Source of the DNA: Brunnivagina elsteri CCALA 953
Lineage (GTDB): Bacteria; Cyanobacteriota; Cyanobacteriia; Cyanobacteriales; Nostocaceae
Length of the DNA stretch: 24,000 bases
Assembly: GCF_002289455.1 (NCBI RefSeq)
Contig: NZ_NTFS01000032.1
Coordinates: forward strand, 5,174-29,173
Direction of reading: 5' to 3'
This document shows, one piece after another, positions 1 to 5,588 of the stretch (position 1 is its first letter; each line of letters begins with the position of its first letter). Below the pieces are notes generated by a model that was not told the DNA's origin, made no database searches, and was given only the letters and a program-made list of their open reading frames with translations. The position numbers and the translations under genes were made by a program.

Positions 1-1
1 T

Positions 2-1075
2 GCACAAAACATGAAAGCTAGCGCAAACGGAATATCTAAACGGGTTATAGAACTCGATATAGAGAAGTGCTTCGATAGAATTTCTCATTCCTCAATTATG
101 GAAAATCTGATAGCTCCTAAGAATCTCAAAATCGGCATATTCAGATGCCTAAAAGCAGGAACAAATCCAGAATTTCCAGAACAAGGAACATGTCAAGGGG
201 GAGTGGTAAGTCCATTACTAGCGAACATAGCACTAAATGGAATTGAAAGTATTCACAGGCATCATAAAGATGATTGTAGAATTACGGAAAAAACCAAAGA
301 AAAAGATATCATATACCCCAGCATAAGATATGCGGATGATATGGTAATCTTCCTAAGACCCCAAGACAAAGCAGAAGAAATACTTGAACAAATCCACGAA
401 TTTCTAGCAAAAAGAGGAATGAAAATAAGTGAGAAAAAGACCAAAGTAACACGCACGACAAACGGATTTGATTTCTTAGGGTGGAACTTTAAAGTCAAAT
501 CAAACGGGAAGTATCACTGCGTTCCGTCAGAAGAAAACTTTAAAAAGTTTCGACAAAAAGTAAAATCCATTGTAAACTGCTCCAATTATGGTGCTAAGGA
601 AAAAGCGAAAAAGCTTGCCCCAATAGTAAGAGGGTGGAGAAACTATCACAAATTCTGTGATATGTCAGGAACAAAATTCTCTCTATGGTTCATGAATCAC
701 AGAGCATTCAAGGTATTCAATAAAGAGAAGAAACAAACAAGATACTCTACCTTAGAACTAATAAAAAAAGCCTTTCCGACCGTACCTTACTCTCTAGCAG
801 GATACGTTAAAGTAAAAGGAAATAAATCTCCTTTCGATGGCGACGTGGGTTACTGGAGTAAAAGAAACAGCAAGATGTATGATGGCGAAAAAGCCAGATT
901 ACTAAACAAACAAAACCATACATGTGTTCATTGCGGTATGAAATTTATGAATGATGAACACGTTCATCTGCACCACATTGATGGAAACCATAATAACTGG
1001 AAGAAAGTCAATCTTGTGGTCATTCATGAATCCTGTCACGATTACATACACATGGGCAATAGGGTTATCCCTTGA
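2..1075 (+). CDS. Group II intron-encoded reverse transcriptase/maturase with C-terminal HNH endonuclease domain (N-terminus cut by window edge)
   Basis: The frame is open to the window edge. RT motifs are LDIEKCFDRISH, QGGVVSPLLANIAL and IRYADDMVIF. The maturase-like region has RGWRNYH. The C-terminus has CVHCG...HLHHIDGNHNNW...HESCHDYIH (HNH/zinc). Confidence 0.9.
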   Translation, partial: AQNMKASANGISKRVIELDIEKCFDRISHSSIMENLIAPKNLKIGIFRCLKAGTNPEFPEQGTCQGGVVSPLLANIALNGIESIHRHHKDDCRITEKTKEKDIIYPSIRYADDMVIFLRPQDKAEEILEQIHEFLAKRGMKISEKKTKVTRTTNGFDFLGWNFKVKSNGKYHCVPSEENFKKFRQKVKSIVNCSNYGAKEKAKKLAPIVRGWRNYHKFCDMSGTKFSLWFMNHRAFKVFNKEKKQTRYSTLELIKKAFPTVPYSLAGYVKVKGNKSPFDGDVGYWSKRNSKMYDGEKARLLNKQNHTCVHCGMKFMNDEHVHLHHIDGNHNNWKKVNLVVIHESCHDYIHMGNRVIP

Positions 1076-1084
1076 GAATATCGA

Positions 1085-1118
1085 GAGCCGGATGTAGCGA
1101 AAGTTACACGTCCGGATC
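1085..1118 (+). ncRNA. Group II intron domain V (catalytic hairpin)
   Basis: 34-nt hairpin with a GAAA tetraloop and a bulged stem. It matches the domain V consensus GAGCCGTAT...GAAA...ACGTACGGTTC in layout and in most positions. Confidence 0.8.
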
Positions 1119-1160
1119 GAACAGAGAGGTGCCCCGGATAATACCGGGCATCGACTCTAC

Positions 1161-1895
1161 CCTGGTACTGGGATTAAGTTACTTATTTTTGACGAGTTAG
1201 CAGCAGTTAATGCAGCCTTTGAGAATGTTAAGGGTGCAACTAAATGGTTGAAATTTAAAATGGTTTCCTATGCTTCAAGTGGTAGCAGTAGGGGAATTGT
1301 GGTATGGGGGATTAGTCAAAATGCCCATGTTTCAGGTATTGGGTTTGATGGGGGTGCTAGGTCAATCTTTAAGCCAATTATCTTAATCAGTGGGGATAAT
1401 GTCACAGCATCACAGCAAATTTTAGCTGCTGACATTATCCCTGGTGACAAGCGACTAAATTCTACCCAGATAGCTGCACTTTGTAAGAAGTCAACTGTCA
1501 ACCGTGCAGTGTTTCATGGTGCTTTAAATGAATGGTTCCCAATGCCAGAGTTACCAAATCTTTCTGGTTACAACAGGGATAAGCGAGAATTTATTAATGG
1601 TTTTAATCCTAAAACTAAAACTGTTGAAAATTTAGAACAGATGTTTAATTTAGGTGAGCAAGCTACTACCATACAACCTACAAGAGAAACAAATTGTAAC
1701 CCACAGTTACTAGACTGTATTGTAGATAAAATTATCTCAAGCACTGAACCAATTACTTATGAAGCAATCAGAGGACATATAAAAAGAACTCTTCCCAACA
1801 TGGCTAAGAAAGAACTGATAGAAGTAGCAATTAATAATCTAATAGAGTCAGAGATTATTCAGGGTGATGGTGAGCAAGGGTACACCACTACTTAA
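1161..1895 (+). CDS. 3' exon of the intron-interrupted element gene. Function unknown; a possible Walker-B-like segment (KLLIFDE) lies right after the intron.
   Basis: The frame of the listed ORF 1248..1895 (TTG start) stays open upstream to the predicted intron end: PGTGIKLLIFDELAAVNAAFENVKGATKW-LKFKMVSY... No ATG or RBS is needed if this is an exon. The exact 5' boundary is uncertain. Confidence 0.45.
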   Translation, partial: PGTGIKLLIFDELAAVNAAFENVKGATKWLKFKMVSYASSGSSRGIVVWGISQNAHVSGIGFDGGARSIFKPIILISGDNVTASQQILAADIIPGDKRLNSTQIAALCKKSTVNRAVFHGALNEWFPMPELPNLSGYNRDKREFINGFNPKTKTVENLEQMFNLGEQATTIQPTRETNCNPQLLDCIVDKIISSTEPITYEAIRGHIKRTLPNMAKKELIEVAINNLIESEIIQGDGEQGYTTT

Positions 1896-1919
1896 CATTA
1901 ACTACAATATTAACTACCC

Positions 1920-2100
1920 TTGACCATGACCATGACCACGAAAAATATCTTGACCTGGAGGCTGAAACCCTTTGACCTTCGTGGTCAGGTCATGGTCAAA
2001 CCGTGGTCATGGTCATGGTCAGGTCAAAACGTGGTCAAATCGCTGAAACCCCTTGAACTTCGTGGTCAAACTATAAAAACAGTCAAAAATGGTGGTCAAA
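1920..2100. repeat. TGACC/GGTCA repeat field with dyad symmetry plus a 27-bp direct repeat. Candidate iteron, origin or centromere-like site.
   Basis: Five TGACC units (1921, 1927, 1933, 1951, 1973) are followed by at least 10 GGTCA units (1983-2097), switching at the palindrome TGACCttcgtGGTCA (1973-1987). The 27-mer gctgaaaccctttgaccttcgtggtca (1961-1987) recurs at 2042-2068 with 2 mismatches. Confidence 0.7.
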
Positions 2101-2148
2101 CTTCACAACTGCTACAAAATCCACAATTACTATTAGGAACTAACTAAA

Positions 2149-2436
2149 ATGTACAACCAACTTGAGCAAAATCTTCGTAACTATATTTGTCAAGAATTTG
2201 AAAAAGACGGACTACCTAAAGAGCTAGGTGAATTTATATTTGATGGCATCACACAGGATATAGCTGAGAACTGGAATAATACCCGGTTTTTAAAATGGTG
2301 TGATGAAATGGAAGTAAAGTTTCCACAATTTACCCCAAAACAATTAATCACATGCCACGAGAAAGTTAACAATTTAACTGAAAAATATACAAGGGTGGTT
2401 AAAGCATTTACTTTTAAAGGTTTTGGTAAAAAATGA
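2149..2436 (+). CDS. Hypothetical protein (95 aa)
   Basis: ATG ORF directly after the repeat field. Its stop overlaps the next start (ATGA at 2433-2436), suggesting translational coupling. No recognisable motif. Confidence 0.55.
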   Translation: MYNQLEQNLRNYICQEFEKDGLPKELGEFIFDGITQDIAENWNNTRFLKWCDEMEVKFPQFTPKQLITCHEKVNNLTEKYTRVVKAFTFKGFGKK

Positions 2437-2867
2437 GAAAAACTAAATTACCACTTGTGACCGATGTTGATTATTTGGGGATAATGATTGGCAGCGATGC
2501 TTGGTTAAATTGGTTAGAACAAACTACCAGTTTTAGATATGAACCAAGACAGCAAGGTAAGTCGCTTTTATATGAGATTACAGTAAGGCAACGTGGTAAA
2601 TATTGGTACGCCTACAGGAAAGTAAACAACCGACTACGACAGTTTTATTTGGCTAAGTCTGAAAATTTGGATTGGGAGCGGCTACAGTTGGCAGTAGATT
2701 TTTTATCCCAAAGTGAGGCAGATTTTTACCGAAACCGTGAGACAGTTAGACAAAAAGTTTGTACAACCGAATCCACACCCGAACAATTACGATCGCGAAT
2801 AGTTGAACTTGAAGCTAAATGCCGAAAACTTGAAACTGAGAATTTTAAGCTGAAATCAGGTATGTAA
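2433..2867 (+). CDS. Hypothetical protein (144 aa) with C-terminal coiled-coil-like segment
   Basis: ORF overlaps the previous stop. It contains a W..WL....SFRY....YWYAYRK..N.LRQFYLAKSENL pattern. I recall this pattern from uncharacterised bacterial proteins, but that is unverified. The C-terminus LRSRIVELEAKCRKLETENFKLK is heptad-like. Confidence 0.55.
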   Translation: MRKTKLPLVTDVDYLGIMIGSDAWLNWLEQTTSFRYEPRQQGKSLLYEITVRQRGKYWYAYRKVNNRLRQFYLAKSENLDWERLQLAVDFLSQSEADFYRNRETVRQKVCTTESTPEQLRSRIVELEAKCRKLETENFKLKSGM

Positions 2868-2910
2868 TTCAGGCAGAAAGAAATTGTAAATAGGTTTACA
2901 AATAATTAAA

Positions 2911-2946
2911 ACCACTCAGGCTTAACGGCTTGGGTGGTTTTTTTTG
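2911..2946 (+). terminator. Rho-independent terminator-like hairpin between convergent genes
   Basis: accactcaggc-ttaac-ggcttgggtggt imperfect stem followed by a run of 8 T. Confidence 0.6.
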
Positions 2947-2989
2947 TGGTTTATTGCAGGGGTCTTGGGTTGGTTGTACAAAACTTTGG

Positions 2990-3421
2990 CTAACTGAGAC
3001 TATTGATAAATTGGTTCAAAGCTTTTTTAACCTTGCGTCGGTCGTTTGGTTGGCATTCCATCAAAATGCGATCGCGTAATTGTTCCAAGTTTTGGGCACT
3101 ATCGCTTTTTGGTGTTTTTTGTGGTTCTACTGCTGCAAAGTTATTTACTGTCTCATTTTTAGGCAAATTTAATAAAGTAATTTCCAAATCAGACAACCTT
3201 TCAAGAATTGGTGCGATCGCAATTGCAATCAGTTCGTTAGTTCCAGGTTCTCGAACTTGAGTCATTGTTAACTCACGTTGCAACTTTTCATCCAAGGCAT
3301 CACCAACAAAATCCACCAGCTTAACTTTATTAACAGTACAAAAATTCTTCACATCGTCCAATAATTCCGAACGATGGTCAAAGCGAATATTTAGTTGAAC
3401 CCTTCTATTTTCTTCGGTCAT
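2990..3421 (-). CDS. Hypothetical protein (143 aa), possibly with an N-terminal RHH-like fold
   Basis: ATG ORF. The N-terminus RRVQLNIRFDHRSELLDDVKNFCTVNKVKLVDFVGDAL has the strand-helix-helix pattern of CopG/Arc-type proteins. This is a weak call. Confidence 0.5.
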   Translation of the reverse strand: MTEENRRVQLNIRFDHRSELLDDVKNFCTVNKVKLVDFVGDALDEKLQRELTMTQVREPGTNELIAIAIAPILERLSDLEITLLNLPKNETVNNFAAVEPQKTPKSDSAQNLEQLRDRILMECQPNDRRKVKKALNQFINSLS

Positions 3422-4341
3422 AAATTAATCTAGTCAAAACTAGCTTGCAACTAGGTATATTGTACTAGTTTTAAGCCGCACGATTTACTAGGCATTTATG
3501 CTCAAAATTTATCTCATTTCTTACTATTTTGGAGGTTAGTAAGTAAAAAGTAAGAAATAGGGGTATATCTAAAATTCTAATAACGTAGCAGCAGTACTTT
3601 CAAGAGCTACAACCGCGCAAGGATTTTGCCCAGTCGAGGCTGCTAAGTTCCAAAAAACCTACCGTGGCTACGTTTTAATGATTTCTATAACTATCGTTCA
3701 AGCGTGATTCCTCTGTTTCGTACCCCAAATGTTTTTTTAGGAATACTTTTATTTTGGCTATCAATGGTTTGATTGGTGTAAAAATAAACATAAGTGTTCT
3801 CGTTAGTATTACTTACTCCTCCATCTTCTAATGGGTGAATCAGTAAATTATCTGAGAGAATAAAATGTGTTTTCACTTACTAAGTAATGAAGCTGCGAAT
3901 CCTATATCTTTTTACCAAAACTTTTCCTACGAACAAACCTGATGTCAACGTGGTTGGGTAGCAGAACTATAGTTCGATCTAGATTTACTTTCGTTACAAA
4001 ACTTAGCCAAAATCGTAGATTTAAAAACACCAGGTGTAGGACAGTTCATCCTAAAAACACCTGGTGTTTTTGTTTTATAGAAATTTGTTATAACCAAAAG
4101 CGATCGCACTAATTATTATAAGTGTGATTACTAAATCGGTTTGATTTCGGCAGATAATCGGTTTAGTTCTGAAAGTGCGATCGCTTTAGACTCACCAGGC
4201 ATTTGGCTAATAAACCTCGTCTACTTTGAGAACTGTAGTTTTCCACAAAGACCTTGAGATTGCTACCCTGCGGGTAGCCACTTTGTGTCTACCTTACGTC
4301 GCAATGACGGATTTGAATCTTAAAAAAAACTCCGGGTTTCA

Positions 4342-4695
4342 TCATGGACGAGGTTTAATCAAACCCACCTCAGATAAAACACGTTGTAACTCTTCATGTG
4401 ACATCGCATCAGCAATTCGTTCTTGTAATTCAAGTTTTCTGGTGGTTGCCAACTGCTGAAATGCCCCATTTTTAATTCTGGCTTGCGTCTCCACCAACCG
4501 ACGCTTTACCTCAACCAAGGCTACCAGTTCTTGTCGGTTGAAGTTCCCTGTTAAATCACCATTCTTCAGTAAACAACTAATTAGGCTGGAGATTAGGTAA
4601 ATTTCAGAATCTAACTCACAAACCGAGTATGAATCTTGGTGTCTTAGGAATAAATTCTTTAAATCGCGATCGGATAAATCTTGCTGATAACTCAT
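4342..4695 (-). CDS. Hypothetical protein (117 aa from the ATG at 4695)
   Basis: The ORF track starts at the TTG at 4710, but the ATG at 4695 is preceded by GGAGG at the right distance. It is the last gene of a three-gene minus-strand cluster. Confidence 0.55.
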   Translation of the reverse strand: MSYQQDLSDRDLKNLFLRHQDSYSVCELDSEIYLISSLISCLLKNGDLTGNFNRQELVALVEVKRRLVETQARIKNGAFQQLATTRKLELQERIADAMSHEELQRVLSEVGLIKPRP

Positions 4696-4700
4696 TGCTT

Positions 4701-4871
4701 TTACCTCCAAAGTGCATCATAAATTGCCGCTTGTGGAGTGGTTTCATCCCCAAAAAGCCGATACCTTATAAATTCTGTGCAAGTTAGATTCTGACTCTCA
4801 GCCATGATTTTCAATTGTTCGTGCTGGCGACGATTCAACCGTAAACTCAGCTTGATATGAAATTTCTTCAT
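4701..4871 (-). CDS. Ribbon-helix-helix (CopG/MobC-like) DNA-binding protein, 56 aa. Below the ORF-track size cutoff.
   Basis: Hand translation gives MKKFHIKLSLRLNRRQHEQLKIMAESQNLTCTEFIRYRLFGDETTPQAAIYDALWR. This has a beta-strand (IKLSLRL) followed by two helices, as in RHH proteins. Its ATG overlaps the upstream stop (ATGA at 4868-4871). Confidence 0.65.
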   Translation of the reverse strand: MKKFHIKLSLRLNRRQHEQLKIMAESQNLTCTEFIRYRLFGDETTPQAAIYDALWR

Positions 4872-5371
4872 GCAGCACCATCACTATTGTTTGTAAACAG
4901 GTTTACAACGTTTTTGTTTTGTATGAGTTCTCCAGATGCAATCATACGTGCCCTTTTTTCAGCCTTACGTTCTGCGAAGACTTTCTCCACATGGATTCTA
5001 AGCACCTCATGAATAACAATAACCTGGTTTCCATTCACAGAAAAAGTACTATGAATGTCGGCTGGCAACGAGAACCCTAAATATTCCAGACCATGCTCTT
5101 GTAAAATGCGATCGCCGCTCGAACCATTGAAATAAATTTGGCAAGCTAGATAATCGGCAATTTTGATTAACCTTTCTAAATCACGATTTTTAATGAGTTT
5201 TGAAAGTAAGTTAATTGCCTGACTTTTTTTAGCTTGCGCTCCTTCGACTGACTGCCAACAAGCGAGGAAATGGTTATAAAGTTCGTGCAATTCTAAGGGG
5301 TACTGCCCGTAAATCAGATCGAATAAATGAGGTAATGGTGTTTTAGGGCGTTTGCGAGAATCTAATGTCAT
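4868..5371 (-). CDS. Hypothetical protein (167 aa)
   Basis: ATG ORF and first gene of the 5371->4342 cluster. No recognisable motif. Confidence 0.55.
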   Translation of the reverse strand: MTLDSRKRPKTPLPHLFDLIYGQYPLELHELYNHFLACWQSVEGAQAKKSQAINLLSKLIKNRDLERLIKIADYLACQIYFNGSSGDRILQEHGLEYLGFSLPADIHSTFSVNGNQVIVIHEVLRIHVEKVFAERKAEKRARMIASGELIQNKNVVNLFTNNSDGAA

Positions 5372-5529
5372 TTTGCTTTACTTTTATAAAGTTGTACGTA
5401 CCTCCAATGTAGCAATTGTGTAAAAATCGACTTCTATTCGACACTATCAGTAGTACGTAAATACTAAAGGAGATAGTACGTTAGCTGTATTGGGGTTATT
5501 TTGAGGTTTAAGGTGTGTGATGTCGCGGT

Positions 5530-5568
5530 TGAGGGGTATAGGTCATTTTATAGAATTATCACCCCTCA
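5530..5568 (-). terminator. Hairpin just downstream of the primase/helicase stop
   Basis: tgaggggtata ... tatcacccctca inverted repeat, 20 nt past the stop at 5589. No clear U-run, so function is uncertain. Confidence 0.35.
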
Positions 5569-5588
5569 CTATGCCTTAATTTATGATG

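Larger units (their letters stand above)
1..1165 (+). mobile_element. Group II intron, 3' portion (domain IV ORF, domain V, domain VI). The 5' part lies left of the window and the 3' splice site is approximate (about 1160-1168).
   Basis: RT/maturase/HNH ORF is followed at 1085-1118 by a canonical 34-nt domain V (GAGCCGGATGTAGC GAAA GTTACACGTCCGGATC). A domain VI-like stem follows (AGAG..CCCGG ATAATA CCGGG..CTCT) with an unpaired A near 1154-1159 and a ..TAC end. Confidence 0.85.

Noticed and set aside
2-1075. Reverse transcriptase as part of a retron or diversity-generating retroelement
   Set aside because: A canonical group II domain V and domain VI follow the ORF, and the protein has maturase and HNH regions. 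An ordinary intron IEP explains it. No msr/msd-like or TR/VR repeats were seen.
1920-2147. 75-aa ORF (MTMTMTTKNILTWRLKPFDLRGQVMVKPWSWSWSGQ...)
   Set aside because: It is the translation of the TGACC/GGTCA repeat field. The periodic low-complexity peptide has no RBS, so I treat the region as a DNA repeat rather than a gene.
3582-3675. tRNA-like or small RNA gene, suggested by the closing stem aacgtagc/gctacgtt
   Set aside because: I could not fold it into a cloverleaf or any known RNA class by eye. It is kept only as part of the structured-region finding.
3691-3876. 61-aa ORF in the ORF-poor segment
   Set aside because: It has no RBS, an odd composition and no motif, and it sits among repeats. 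There is not enough support to call a gene.
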